Shown in pieces: positions 48,347 to 59,317 of a stretch of 64,000 nt of DNA (position 1 is the first letter of the stretch; every line of letters begins with the position of its first letter). Source of the stretch: Bacilli bacterium (lineage in GTDB: Bacteria > Bacillota_I > Bacilli_A > RF39 > UBA660); the NCBI GenBank assembly GCA_016283935.1, contig JAEENX010000013.1, positions 97,759-161,758 on the forward strand. The letters run 5' to 3'. Under the pieces are notes generated by a model. It saw only the letters and a list, made by a program, of their open reading frames with translations. It did no database searches and had not been told where the DNA came from. Both the position numbers and the translations under genes were made by a program.

Positions 48347-50113
48347 ATGGAACTTATAGATATTTATCGTTCTATAAAAAATCCATTAGATGAACCTGGA
48401 TTCATTGATTTATTAATTGATAAATATGGTGAATCTAAGGAACGTGTAATGGATTTATATACATTACTTATCAAAACAGCAAAGAAAGAAAATGTTGGAA
48501 GATTATACGAAGCCGACAAAGATAAATTCTATGCTGGTCTTTTTAATGCATGGAAAAATAATGTAGTTTCATTATCACGTCAAAGATTTGAAGATTTAAA
48601 ATCCCATGGTTTCATGGATGATAGTTTTATAAAATTAAGAAATTATTTATTAAAAGTTCCTAATGTAAAAACAGAAGCTGAAGCTAGGAAAATTTTACAT
48701 GGTTCATATACTGATAAAGAATTAAAAGATGCATTTGAAAAATATGCCTGGGATAAAGATGGACATTATTCTTCATGGGAATATTTATCATCATCCACAA
48801 TATCAGCATATAGAACAAATTCATTTAATATAGAACATAGATTTTATTTAAATGCTGATCCACTTGATATTTTAAAATTATCAATGATATATATAAAAAA
48901 ATGTGAACAAAGAAATATGCCATATGAATTTAAATTTGCTAAAACTGGTGGCAGAGATGACACTATAGTTATATATACAAATACTAAATATATATTAGAT
49001 ACTCTTTCTATTATTAATGAAATAAAAAAAGAATATCCAGAGATATATGAAAGATTTAGTACTCCACCTTTATTAACTGGTAAAATTGATAATAAGGTAG
49101 GATATGGCTCCGAACCTGTAAGATATAATCGAAAGAAATCATATTCAAGTATTAGAGTACAAAAAATAGATGAAGCTATAACTGAAGAGTTAAAAAACTG
49201 GATAAAAGATAATTATTTTAGATTAATAACATTTAGAAATAATACTATACATATTCATGAATATCTATCAGTATTATTAGCTGAAAAAATACTTAAAGAA
49301 ATGAAAGCATCATATTTTTATAATTCAGATCATGAAAAAAAATTAGCTAAAAAAGAGAATAGACCTTATGATAAAAAAGTTGTTATGGAAAATTTAGGCT
49401 ATTCAGAAGAAGATTTAAATGATCCTAAATTTAAAAATTATTTATATCAAATAATTCTAAGAAATTTATCAGAAGATTTCATTAAAATATTAAATAAAGA
49501 ATCAAATGAAACTGAAATAGAAATTGATTTAAGACATAAGAAAAAATATGTTATACAAACATATAAAATTAAATCTATAATTGAATCTATAGCTCCTATG
49601 ATTAATAAAAAAGATCCTGAATTTAAGGAAAGAGTAAAAAATGCAATAATGAGAAAGTTTGAAGAAGTTGGAATTGATTCTAAAAATATTGCATTTGATA
49701 AAGATGTAGTTGAAAAATTTAAATCAACACCAACTCCTGAAATCCATAAACCTATTGTTAAAAATGTAGAAAAACCAATAGAAAAGCCAATGAGAAAAAC
49801 TGAACAAAAGCCAATGAAGGTTGTTGCAGTTGAATCTACAAGTGTTATGAAACTAAAGGAATCTCCTTTCTTACATACTACTTATATTCCTTCACAAAAA
49901 CTAGTAGGTAAGTTGGAAGAATTATTGGATTATGAACCTAATAAGGTTTTACCATTTATATATGAGAATATGAATGCTATAAGATTATTATTTCCAATAT
50001 TGATGAGAAAAAATAAAGAATTAGCTGATCAATTTATTGATTCAAATATAAATGATTATCCAGAATTACAAAATATATATGATGAAGCATTAAAAAGAAT
50101 AAGAGGAATATAA
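48347..50113 (+). CDS. Hypothetical 588-aa protein
   Basis: Long ORF with strong RBS. No family recognised. Confidence 0.4.
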   Translation: MELIDIYRSIKNPLDEPGFIDLLIDKYGESKERVMDLYTLLIKTAKKENVGRLYEADKDKFYAGLFNAWKNNVVSLSRQRFEDLKSHGFMDDSFIKLRNYLLKVPNVKTEAEARKILHGSYTDKELKDAFEKYAWDKDGHYSSWEYLSSSTISAYRTNSFNIEHRFYLNADPLDILKLSMIYIKKCEQRNMPYEFKFAKTGGRDDTIVIYTNTKYILDTLSIINEIKKEYPEIYERFSTPPLLTGKIDNKVGYGSEPVRYNRKKSYSSIRVQKIDEAITEELKNWIKDNYFRLITFRNNTIHIHEYLSVLLAEKILKEMKASYFYNSDHEKKLAKKENRPYDKKVVMENLGYSEEDLNDPKFKNYLYQIILRNLSEDFIKILNKESNETEIEIDLRHKKKYVIQTYKIKSIIESIAPMINKKDPEFKERVKNAIMRKFEEVGIDSKNIAFDKDVVEKFKSTPTPEIHKPIVKNVEKPIEKPMRKTEQKPMKVVAVESTSVMKLKESPFLHTTYIPSQKLVGKLEELLDYEPNKVLPFIYENMNAIRLLFPILMRKNKELADQFIDSNINDYPELQNIYDEALKRIRGI

Positions 50114-50128
50114 TAAGGAGTTGATAAT

Positions 50129-51568
50129 ATGAAATTAATTTCAATGATATGCCCTGGATGTGGAGCAACTGTTGAAGTTGATGAATATTCAAAATCATTT
50201 TATTGTAAGTATTGTAATGTTACGACAATAATTGAAAAAGATTCTTATAATACTAATTATAATGATGAATCAATTCAAAAAGCAGAAATGTTTATAAGCA
50301 AGCATCAAAACTATAAAGAAGCAAAAAGTAAATATGAATATGTTAATCAGGTTGATCCAAATGATCCTAGAGCAGTTCTTGGTTTGTTAAGATGTGCAAC
50401 AAGAGACTTACAAGAAAAACTTTATGTTGAAGTTGAAGGTGAAACACCTATTTGGTTACCAGGAATGGAAGAAAGAGTCAAAAGCATTTTTAGCAAATAT
50501 GAACAAATTGAAAAAAAGCAAGAAGCATTAAGATATGCAAGAAGTGTATATGAAAAATATCTAGAACAAAATAGACAAGAATATGAGACACTTAAGGAAA
50601 AGTATCCTGAAGAAAAAGTAGAAGAATATAATAATTATGATTCTACTATAAAAGCAGAAAATAAAATAATATCATCAGAAGATATTAAAAATATAGTGGA
50701 TGAAATGAATTCTTTGATTATCAAGTATAATAAAATAGATGAAGCATTAAAGAAGAAAAACGAATTCTTTGATTATAAAGAAAAAGAAAACCCATTTAAT
50801 GATAGTAAATGCAAATTATCATTCCATGTTAATATGCATGATAATACAGAATCCGATATAGATAATTATGATCAGTTCATGGAAATATATACTAATAGAT
50901 TATCTGAGATAAAAAGTATATGGATTAAATTTACATTCAATTATAGTGTTGTATACCCAGGCAAAGAAGTACAATATATTTATCAAGACATAGATTTGAA
51001 TGTGTATGAAGATAGAATTAAGATAGAAACCAAAATTAATTCAACAGATCATAGATTGGATTATTTATATAATATGATTAGACAAATGGTTTTAAATGCT
51101 CCTGAAAGATATGATGCAATAATAAAGAAAAGAACATTTATTATGTCTAAAGTAGGATTAGCATATGGATTAATCCCAAGTATTTTATTATGTTTGCTTT
51201 CATGTGCATCTGAGTCTATTAGATTAGTTTATATGACAACGTATGTATTATTTCCAATTGCTACTATAATGTTAGGATTTGCAATAGGTATAACAGTATC
51301 TTTCTTTATAATGGGTAAATTATATGCAACGCTTATTCCTGAAAAGAAATATGCTGGATACGATAAAAAATATGGAAGCGTATATACTGATAATGTTGAA
51401 GATTATATAAATACTAGTGAAGTATTGATAGGGAAAAATATTAATAATAAAAATAAAAGAGATAAAATAAAATCAATGTATGAACAAAGTAGTAAACTAA
51501 TTTTAATTGAATTAGCAATAGTAGCTATAATTTCTATTGTATTAATAGGATTAGGATACTCTTTATAA
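50129..51568 (+). CDS. Zinc-ribbon / coiled-coil protein with C-terminal TM helices, hypothetical
   Basis: N-terminal CPGCG...CKYCN zinc ribbon, TPR-like/coiled-coil middle, hydrophobic C-terminus. Confidence 0.4.
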   Translation: MKLISMICPGCGATVEVDEYSKSFYCKYCNVTTIIEKDSYNTNYNDESIQKAEMFISKHQNYKEAKSKYEYVNQVDPNDPRAVLGLLRCATRDLQEKLYVEVEGETPIWLPGMEERVKSIFSKYEQIEKKQEALRYARSVYEKYLEQNRQEYETLKEKYPEEKVEEYNNYDSTIKAENKIISSEDIKNIVDEMNSLIIKYNKIDEALKKKNEFFDYKEKENPFNDSKCKLSFHVNMHDNTESDIDNYDQFMEIYTNRLSEIKSIWIKFTFNYSVVYPGKEVQYIYQDIDLNVYEDRIKIETKINSTDHRLDYLYNMIRQMVLNAPERYDAIIKKRTFIMSKVGLAYGLIPSILLCLLSCASESIRLVYMTTYVLFPIATIMLGFAIGITVSFFIMGKLYATLIPEKKYAGYDKKYGSVYTDNVEDYINTSEVLIGKNINNKNKRDKIKSMYEQSSKLILIELAIVAIISIVLIGLGYSL

Positions 51569-51581
51569 AAGAGGTATAAAA

Positions 51582-51827
51582 ATGAGAAGAATAGTATGTT
51601 TATTTGTAATAGTTCTTATTTGTTTAATTGGTATGGATGTTGTAAAAACAGTTAATAACAACAACGAATTATATGACCAATTAAGACAAAAAGAATTAAG
51701 AGATGAAAAGAATATAGAACAAAAAGAAAAAGAATTATCAGACGTTATTGATGAAAATGAAACAAAAGTAGAAGAATATGAAAGGTATGAAAAATGGAAC
51801 AAGGAAATTCAAAATACTATGCAATAG
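51582..51827 (+). CDS. Small TM + coiled-coil protein, hypothetical
   Basis: 81-aa ORF, N-terminal TM helix, charged coiled-coil tail. Confidence 0.3.
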   Translation: MRRIVCLFVIVLICLIGMDVVKTVNNNNELYDQLRQKELRDEKNIEQKEKELSDVIDENETKVEEYERYEKWNKEIQNTMQ

Positions 51828-52666
51828 TATTAGTAATATTTAGCATACTTGCATCATTAATAATGTCTCTAGATTTAAAAATGAAATATGAAAATAAACT
51901 ATTACGCAAAGAAATAAATAATAATATACTATTAAACAACAATATTAAAACATTAGAAAACAGAATAAATGAATATAGTAATATAGATGATTCTATTAAT
52001 ACTATAAAGGAAGAATATTTTTCTAATATCAGAAAGCTTGAAGAACAAATTCAAGAAGGAAAGTCAGATGCAAAGATTGCATATCTTACATTTGATGACG
52101 GTCCATATCAATTAACATATCAAGTATTAGATATTCTAAAAGAAAAAGATGTAAAAGGAACTTTCTTTGTACTAGGTAAAGATGCCGAAGATAGATATAA
52201 AAGAATTGTTGATGAAGGACATACATTAGCAAATCATACTATGTATCATAATATAGGAAAAGGATTATATAAATCTACAGATTCATTCATGAGTCAAGTA
52301 AATCAATTAGAAGATTATTTATATAATATAACAGGATATAAAACTAACTTAGTTAGATTTCCAGGTGGATCTGAAACAGCTAATACATATCATGTAAGAG
52401 ATTCAATTATAGAACAACTACATGATAAAGAATATAAATATGTTGATTGGACTTGTGAAACTGGAGATGGATCTGATAAAAGACTAGCTCAAAAATCAGA
52501 ATGGAATTGGTATAAGGATACATGTAAGGATCAAAAAATAATGGTTCTATTAATGCATGATTATAATGCAGGTACTGTTAAAATATTACCTGATATAATT
52601 GATGATTTAAAAAATCAAGGATATTTAATATTACCTTTATCAAATAAATCAGTAATGGCAAAATAG
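51794..52666 (+). CDS. Polysaccharide deacetylase (NodB-homology domain), membrane-anchored
   Basis: N-terminal TM. NodB motifs TFDDGP and HTLANHTMYH. Confidence 0.7.
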   Translation: MEQGNSKYYAIVLVIFSILASLIMSLDLKMKYENKLLRKEINNNILLNNNIKTLENRINEYSNIDDSINTIKEEYFSNIRKLEEQIQEGKSDAKIAYLTFDDGPYQLTYQVLDILKEKDVKGTFFVLGKDAEDRYKRIVDEGHTLANHTMYHNIGKGLYKSTDSFMSQVNQLEDYLYNITGYKTNLVRFPGGSETANTYHVRDSIIEQLHDKEYKYVDWTCETGDGSDKRLAQKSEWNWYKDTCKDQKIMVLLMHDYNAGTVKILPDIIDDLKNQGYLILPLSNKSVMAK

Positions 52667-52760
52667 AAAGTATTTACATACTTTCTTTTTTTTATGTAAA
52701 CATATCTTATAGTTTAAAAATAAATTGTTGATAAATGCTATAATATAAACAGGTGATAAT

Positions 52761-53663
52761 ATGAGTTTAGTAGAAGTAAAAAATCTAAACAAAAAATTTG
52801 GAAAGAAACAAGTTTTACATGATGTAAATTTTGTAATAGATGAAGGTGAAATACTTGGTTTCATTGGACCTAATGGAGCAGGTAAAACCACAACCATTAA
52901 ATTAATGTTGGGATTACAATCAATAACATCAGGATCCGTAACAATAGATGGATATGATATTGTTACAGACTTTGAAAAAGCAATTAAAGGAGTAGGAGCA
53001 ATAGTTGAATCTCCAGATTTATATATGTATTTAACTGGTAGACAAAACCTACAATTAATTGCTAATTATTATAAAGGTATTACAAAGGAAAGAATTGACG
53101 AAGTAATAAATATTATAGGATTAGGAAAAAGAATTGATGATAAAGTATCTAAATATTCATTAGGTATGAGACAAAGACTAGGAATAGGAGCATCAATATT
53201 ACATAATCCTAAAGTATTAATTTTAGATGAACCTACAAATGGATTAGATCCTGAAGGAATAAAGGATGTAAGAGAGTTATTGGTTAAACTAGCTAAAAAA
53301 GAAAAGATGGCAATTTTAATTTCATCGCATAACTTATCCGAATTAGACAACTTTGTTACAACTGCATGTATTATTCAAAATGGCCATGTAGTATCAAATT
53401 CTTCAGTTAAAAATTTAAAGAAATATGATTCATCAAGATATAAGATATTCTTAGATAAAACAAAAGGAATTAGTAAACATATAAAACAAGAACACAATGT
53501 TATAAGTGATTATCTTATTGAAGTATTCATTGAAGATGATGATGTATCTGATTTATTATTAGAACTTCTAAATAATAAATATAAAGTAAGACAAGTAATA
53601 AAAGAAGAAATGTCTCTTGAAGATGCATTTATTAAAATGACTGGAGGTAATACAATTGATTAA
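52761..53663 (+). CDS. ABC transporter ATP-binding protein
   Basis: Walker A GPNGAGKTT, signature LSLGMRQRLG, Walker B ILDEPTNGLD. Confidence 0.85.
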   Translation: MSLVEVKNLNKKFGKKQVLHDVNFVIDEGEILGFIGPNGAGKTTTIKLMLGLQSITSGSVTIDGYDIVTDFEKAIKGVGAIVESPDLYMYLTGRQNLQLIANYYKGITKERIDEVINIIGLGKRIDDKVSKYSLGMRQRLGIGASILHNPKVLILDEPTNGLDPEGIKDVRELLVKLAKKEKMAILISSHNLSELDNFVTTACIIQNGHVVSNSSVKNLKKYDSSRYKIFLDKTKGISKHIKQEHNVISDYLIEVFIEDDDVSDLLLELLNNKYKVRQVIKEEMSLEDAFIKMTGGNTID

Positions 53664-55074
53664 GCTTATTAAAAATGAATTATTTAAAATATTTCATAAA
53701 AAAGGTATATATATAGTATTCGGAGTATCTATAGTAGTAACAGGATTATTAACATGGTTAAATAATATGGATTTAAGAATCATGTCATATAATATGAATA
53801 TTGAAAACTACGAAAGTATGATTAAAGAATACGAAACTGAAAACATTGAGATTGATGAACATTATGTTGATTCAAAAGCATGGTTAGAAACATTAAAAAT
53901 AATTAATAATAATAATAAGAATATGACATATTATTCTCCTGAATATTATTTTATTATAAATGAAATTCAACCATTATATGTATCATATTTTTCTAATATA
54001 TATTTATATAATGAACCAGAAACTGCGGAACTTTTAAAGCTAAAAATTGATCAAAAAGTGTTAGATTTAGATAATTTTGACTGGAAAAAACAAATTAATG
54101 AAGAACTAGAAGAAGCTAAACATAATGAATGTGAAAATGATGAAACATGTAAAAAGGTAACAAATGAACAAATATATTTATTAAATTATAGATTAGAAAA
54201 TAATATACCTTATACTTTTAAAGATTCATCAGAATTTATAAATAATTATTTAACACAATACACATCATATTTAACTTTAGAAAAAGATGAATCAAAAATA
54301 AAAACTAGAAATGAATTATTACAAAAAAGAAAAATAGAATATAGTGTTCAAACAAGCAAATATAAATTAGATAATAGATTGATACAAGATGATTATAAAA
54401 ATACAGATGCCCAATTTGAATTTATAGATTCAATTAGTACAGTATCAATATTTGTTGTTGTTTGTATTGTACTTGTATCAAGTTCTGTAATAGCAGATGA
54501 ATTTAATAAAGGAACAATTAAACAATTATTAGTTAAACCATTTACTAGAAGTAAGATAGTTGTTTCAAAAATAATTGCTATATTATTAACTATAATGTTA
54601 TTTGTATTATTAGTATCTATAGGACAATGTATTGTTCTAGGAATATTAAATGGAACACTTAAAACAATATTTGATCCAGTTGTTATGTATAGTTATAATT
54701 CTCATTCAGTTATATGTACTAATACATTATTTACTGGCTTATTAAAGTTTGCATGTATTTTACCAGAAATTATAATATTAGTATTAATAACTGTATTAAT
54801 ATCAGTATTATTTACTAACAATGGTGTATCAACAGCTGTAGGAATTGTTACATACGCAGCAGCAGGAATATTAGAAATGTATGTAGATGCAAAACCAGTT
54901 ATCTCATATTTACCATTTGTTAACTGGGATCTAAATGCATACTTATTTGGAGGAATAACAGATTCAAAATATTTAGTTTTATCTAAAGCTATATATATAT
55001 GTGTTTCTACAATAATATTATTGCTAATCGGTATATTATTATTCTTTAAACATAAAGATATTAAAAACCAATAG
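53656..55074 (+). CDS. ABC-2 family permease with a large extracellular loop
   Basis: Translationally coupled to the ATPase. N-terminal TM, a loop of about 200 aa, then about 5 C-terminal TM helices. Confidence 0.55.
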   Translation: MIKLIKNELFKIFHKKGIYIVFGVSIVVTGLLTWLNNMDLRIMSYNMNIENYESMIKEYETENIEIDEHYVDSKAWLETLKIINNNNKNMTYYSPEYYFIINEIQPLYVSYFSNIYLYNEPETAELLKLKIDQKVLDLDNFDWKKQINEELEEAKHNECENDETCKKVTNEQIYLLNYRLENNIPYTFKDSSEFINNYLTQYTSYLTLEKDESKIKTRNELLQKRKIEYSVQTSKYKLDNRLIQDDYKNTDAQFEFIDSISTVSIFVVVCIVLVSSSVIADEFNKGTIKQLLVKPFTRSKIVVSKIIAILLTIMLFVLLVSIGQCIVLGILNGTLKTIFDPVVMYSYNSHSVICTNTLFTGLLKFACILPEIIILVLITVLISVLFTNNGVSTAVGIVTYAAAGILEMYVDAKPVISYLPFVNWDLNAYLFGGITDSKYLVLSKAIYICVSTIILLLIGILLFFKHKDIKNQ

Positions 55075-55185
55075 AGAATAGAAGTAATTCTATTCTTTTT
55101 TTATTTATATTTACAATACATTTATAAAATACTTGTTTTTATTTATATAAAATATTAAAATAAGTGAAGCAAATGGGGTTTTAAT

Positions 55186-57030
55186 ATGCTAGAAAGAATT
55201 AATAAAGTAAATGATATAAAAAAGTTATCATTACAAGAGAAAAATGAACTTGCAAGTGATATTAGAAAATATATTATAGATATTACATCTAAAAATGGGG
55301 GACATCTTGCTTCTAATTTAGGAGTAGTTGAATTAACTATTGCATTAGAAAGTGTATTTGATGTTACTAAAGATAATATAATATGGGATGTAGGACATCA
55401 ATCTTATACTCATAAAATATTAACTGGAAGAAAAGAACAATTAAAAACTTTAAGAAAATATAAAGGATTATCTGGTTTCCCTAAAACTGAAGAATCAGAA
55501 ACTGATACTTTTAATACAGGACATTCTAGTACTTCTATATCTGCAGCATTAGGAATTGCAACAGCTAGAGATTTAAAACATAAAAAGCAAAATGTTATAG
55601 CAGTAATTGGAGATGGAGCACTTACAGGTGGTATGGCTTTAGAAGCTTTAAATCATCTAGGTTCATCAAAGACTAGAATGATTGTTATTCTTAATGATAA
55701 TGAAATGTCTATTTCAGAAAATGTTGGAGGAATGAATGATCTTCTTACAGACTTAAGAACAAGAAAAAATTATAGATCTATAAATGATAAAATTAGAAAA
55801 GCTGTAGAAAAGATCCCAGTACTTGGAAAAATTATTACTAAGATAGTAGTTGGAATAAAAAATATAATTAAGCAAATGTTTGTTAAAGGAATGTATTTTG
55901 AAGAAATAGGAATAAGATATGTTGGACCAGTAGATGGACATAATATAGAGGATCTTGAAACTTTATTAAGCAAAGTTAAAGAATTAGATGGTCCAACTTT
56001 AGTACATGTTTTAACTACTAAAGGTAAAGGATATGAACCAGCAGAATCAACACCTTCTAAATATCATGGCGTATCACCATTTGAAATTGAAACAGGTGCA
56101 TCTCTTTCTAAAAAGAAAGATGATTATTCAAAAGTGTTCGGAGAAAAGTTAATTAGTTTAGCTTCTAAAAATAAAAACATAGTCGCTATAACTGCAGCGA
56201 TGTCTGAAGGAACTGGATTAAGTAAGTTTAAAGAAAAATATCCTGATAGATTATTTGATGTAGGTATTGCAGAACAACATGCATTAACATTTGCCGCAGG
56301 ATTAGCTAAATCAGGAATGATACCTTTTGTTTCAATATATTCATCATTCTATCAAAGAGGATATGATCAAGTAATCCATGATATATGCGCACAAAATTTA
56401 CCAGTAATTATGTGTGTTGACCGTGCTGGCTTAGTTGGAGCGGATGGAGAAACTCATCAAGGTGTATTTGATATGGCGTTCTTTAAAATTGTTCCAAATA
56501 TAATAATCATGGCACCTAAAGATTTTAAAGAATTAGAAATGATGATGGAATTTGCTATTTCATTAAATAAACCAGTTGTTATTAGATATCCAAGAGGTGG
56601 AGAAGATTTATCTTTTGCTAAACATACTCCAATTAAAGTTGGAAAAGCAGAATTATTAGAAACAGGAAACGATTATTCGGTTATAACAATAGGTTCTAAA
56701 GTATCAACTGGAAAAAATGTTGTTGATAAATTAAAAGATATGAACAAGACTTGTGATTTAATAAATGTAAGATTCTTAAAACCATTAGATAAAAAATTAA
56801 TATTAGAATCTATTAATAAGACAAAAAGAGTAATAGTTATTGAAGATGGAACTATTATTGGTGGTTTATCATCATCAATTAAAGAGCTTATTTCAGATAA
56901 CAATATTACTATTAAGTATGCTAAATATTACTCATATCCAGATGAATTTATTAAACATGGATCAATTGATGAATTAAACAGACAATATAAGGTGGATGTT
57001 GATTCAATTATTAAAGATATTAAGAGATAG
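55186..57030 (+). CDS. dxs: 1-deoxy-D-xylulose-5-phosphate synthase
   Basis: TPP-binding GDGALTGGMALEALNH and the transketolase-like domains. 614 aa. Confidence 0.9.
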   Translation: MLERINKVNDIKKLSLQEKNELASDIRKYIIDITSKNGGHLASNLGVVELTIALESVFDVTKDNIIWDVGHQSYTHKILTGRKEQLKTLRKYKGLSGFPKTEESETDTFNTGHSSTSISAALGIATARDLKHKKQNVIAVIGDGALTGGMALEALNHLGSSKTRMIVILNDNEMSISENVGGMNDLLTDLRTRKNYRSINDKIRKAVEKIPVLGKIITKIVVGIKNIIKQMFVKGMYFEEIGIRYVGPVDGHNIEDLETLLSKVKELDGPTLVHVLTTKGKGYEPAESTPSKYHGVSPFEIETGASLSKKKDDYSKVFGEKLISLASKNKNIVAITAAMSEGTGLSKFKEKYPDRLFDVGIAEQHALTFAAGLAKSGMIPFVSIYSSFYQRGYDQVIHDICAQNLPVIMCVDRAGLVGADGETHQGVFDMAFFKIVPNIIIMAPKDFKELEMMMEFAISLNKPVVIRYPRGGEDLSFAKHTPIKVGKAELLETGNDYSVITIGSKVSTGKNVVDKLKDMNKTCDLINVRFLKPLDKKLILESINKTKRVIVIEDGTIIGGLSSSIKELISDNNITIKYAKYYSYPDEFIKHGSIDELNRQYKVDVDSIIKDIKR

Positions 57031-57107
57031 TCGTTGACTATCTCTTTTACGTAAAAATGTTGTAAAATCAATGATTTAGTGCTATAGTAAGCCCATGGAG
57101 GGTTTAT

Positions 57108-57815
57108 ATGAAGGTTTTTGTAAATTGTCTAACTCTATCCAGAATTATTGGTACACTTATTTTACCTATATTTTTTAACTATTGTAACCCAGTAGTTACA
57201 TTGGTTTCTGTTGCGATACTTTTATTAACAGATTTCTTTGATGGCCTACTAGCAAGGAAGTTTAAAGTACAGTCTTTGTTTGGCCAAGTCGCTGACCAAG
57301 TAGCTGATAAAGTATTTGGAATGGTCATGCTTTTAATAGTAGCAAGTTATTATAATATATATTATTTTATATTCGGACTTGAAGCTGCAATTGCTTTAGT
57401 AAATTTAATTGCAGCAATAAGAGGTGCAACAACATTATCAAGTTTCTTAGGAAAATTTAAAACTTGGTTAACTTCAATGTGTATTTTAGTTGGTGTATTT
57501 GGCTATTTCCAAGATCAATTTAATGTAAGAATTTTAGAAAAAGTATTAAATACATATATACATAATGAAGAGATGATATTAGTTGTATCTATTTCAATAA
57601 CTGTTGGATGTCAATTAACAGTATTAGTAGATTATACAAGACATATATTAAAAGAGTTATCAATTAAAAAACCTAAAATAACATATAAACTTAAAGAAAA
57701 AGATAAATTAAAGAGAGTATTATTCGATACTTCGTATTATAATAGATATAAAGATGAACCATTATCTAAGTTATTCTTAGATCATGGATATAAAATAGAT
57801 AAAGAGGGATTATAA
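57108..57815 (+). CDS. CDP-alcohol phosphatidyltransferase family protein (PgsA-like)
   Basis: Signature DFFDGLLARKFKVQSLFGQVADQVADKV (D..DG..AR...G...D...D). Confidence 0.65.
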   Translation: MKVFVNCLTLSRIIGTLILPIFFNYCNPVVTLVSVAILLLTDFFDGLLARKFKVQSLFGQVADQVADKVFGMVMLLIVASYYNIYYFIFGLEAAIALVNLIAAIRGATTLSSFLGKFKTWLTSMCILVGVFGYFQDQFNVRILEKVLNTYIHNEEMILVVSISITVGCQLTVLVDYTRHILKELSIKKPKITYKLKEKDKLKRVLFDTSYYNRYKDEPLSKLFLDHGYKIDKEGL

Positions 57816-57816
57816 T

Positions 57817-58365
57817 ATGCCAAGAGCAAAAAAAGAAGAAGTTAAAGAAGAAAAGAAAACAACTAAATCTACTAAAAAAACAGAAGTAGATAGTTTAGAA
57901 AAAGCATTTGAAGAATTTAATAATTATATTAATTTAGATTTTTCTAAAATTACAACTTCTTTAGTAAAAGATATTAAAGCTAATGAAGAATCAAGAAATA
58001 TAAAAGTTGCACGCGCAATTGACTTTATTAAAAAAGTAGAATTAACTTGCCGTGGTTATTATATGGATGGCAATCAATTTGCATTAGCAGCTATTAATCT
58101 TCATTTAAAAAGAATGAATGATATATTAGAAGTATATGAATTTTTATATACTCAAATTTATGATGTAGAAATCAAAAAAATAATATTAAATAATATTATA
58201 TTTGTTATTCAAGATATGTTAACTCCAAGAAAATATGAAGTATTAAATTCATTTGGAAAAACATATGAACAATTTGTAATTGATTTTAGAATAGCATCTG
58301 AATTAGTTAATAAATCAAATTATTATACTAATCAATTAAATAATTTAATTTATTATAGACAATAA
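57817..58365 (+). CDS. Hypothetical protein (182 aa, Lys-rich N-terminus)
   Basis: ORF translationally coupled to the upstream gene. No recognisable motif. Confidence 0.35.
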   Translation: MPRAKKEEVKEEKKTTKSTKKTEVDSLEKAFEEFNNYINLDFSKITTSLVKDIKANEESRNIKVARAIDFIKKVELTCRGYYMDGNQFALAAINLHLKRMNDILEVYEFLYTQIYDVEIKKIILNNIIFVIQDMLTPRKYEVLNSFGKTYEQFVIDFRIASELVNKSNYYTNQLNNLIYYRQ

Positions 58366-58447
58366 AAGGAACACTTATGCGTTCCTTTTTAATTTGCAAA
58401 TAACAATATATTATATTATTATATAAAACCAAGAAAAGAGGGTTTAT

Positions 58448-59239
58448 ATGTTGAGTTTGATGGAATATGGATTAGGTAAAATGTTAATAGGAATAAGTGA
58501 ATTTGGAGATTTTTTATCTGAATTTACTTTTGATACTTTGGAAGATGAACCTGAATTAAAATATGATGAAGAAGAGTTAAATGTTCAAAATGTTGATGAT
58601 AATCAATATAATAAAATCGATTATTTAACTACATTTGATAAATGTTTTTCTGAATCCTCTAAATCAGAAGGCATTAAATATTATGTTTTAGATAAAATAA
58701 AATCATATAATTGTAATTCAAATGATATATCTGGAGTTATTCAAGATGATATAGAACATATAATATCAATTGAAATACATGATGATAAAACTATAGAATC
58801 ATCATGTACATGTGATGAACATAATTGTAAACATATATATGCTATATTATTAAAGTATGTAGATACTGAAATTAATAAGAATTATAAAATATATTATTTA
58901 TTTAAAACTAAATATTTACTAAAACAATTTAGAAATTTATATAATAAAATAGTAACTAAAGTAAACCTAAAAGATAATATAGACTTACATATGAAAATTA
59001 GAATATATGATAAATTAATTGATAGTTATTTAGAAAGAAAACCTTCTTTTGATTTATATAATGAGATAGAAGGTCATTACAATAATTTAAAAGATATATT
59101 GGTTAAAATAGATAAAGATTTGTATAATAAAATAATAATTGATATTGAATTTATAGATCATGACGTTTGTTCTGAAATCTATAAAGAATTAGTCAATGAA
59201 GAATATATTGAAGATTTTTCTATAGATAGTCTTAATTAA
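58448..59239 (+). CDS. SWIM zinc-finger domain protein
   Basis: CxC...CxH signature SSCTCDEHNCKHIYAIL. Confidence 0.5.
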   Translation: MLSLMEYGLGKMLIGISEFGDFLSEFTFDTLEDEPELKYDEEELNVQNVDDNQYNKIDYLTTFDKCFSESSKSEGIKYYVLDKIKSYNCNSNDISGVIQDDIEHIISIEIHDDKTIESSCTCDEHNCKHIYAILLKYVDTEINKNYKIYYLFKTKYLLKQFRNLYNKIVTKVNLKDNIDLHMKIRIYDKLIDSYLERKPSFDLYNEIEGHYNNLKDILVKIDKDLYNKIIIDIEFIDHDVCSEIYKELVNEEYIEDFSIDSLN

Positions 59240-59317
59240 TGTAAACATAAAGATATTATTAACTAATAATATCTTTTTATTTGTTATAATATTATTAGGA
59301 TAAAAAGGAATGATAAT

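Noticed and set aside
48650-48760. Possible Pol-beta nucleotidyltransferase (CD-NTase-like) GS...DxD motif in the 588-aa protein (HGSYTDKELKDAFEKYAWDKD)
   Set aside because: The spacing is 16 residues with a charged residue between the acidic pair. There is no beta-strand-like hydrophobic pattern. This is not convincing.
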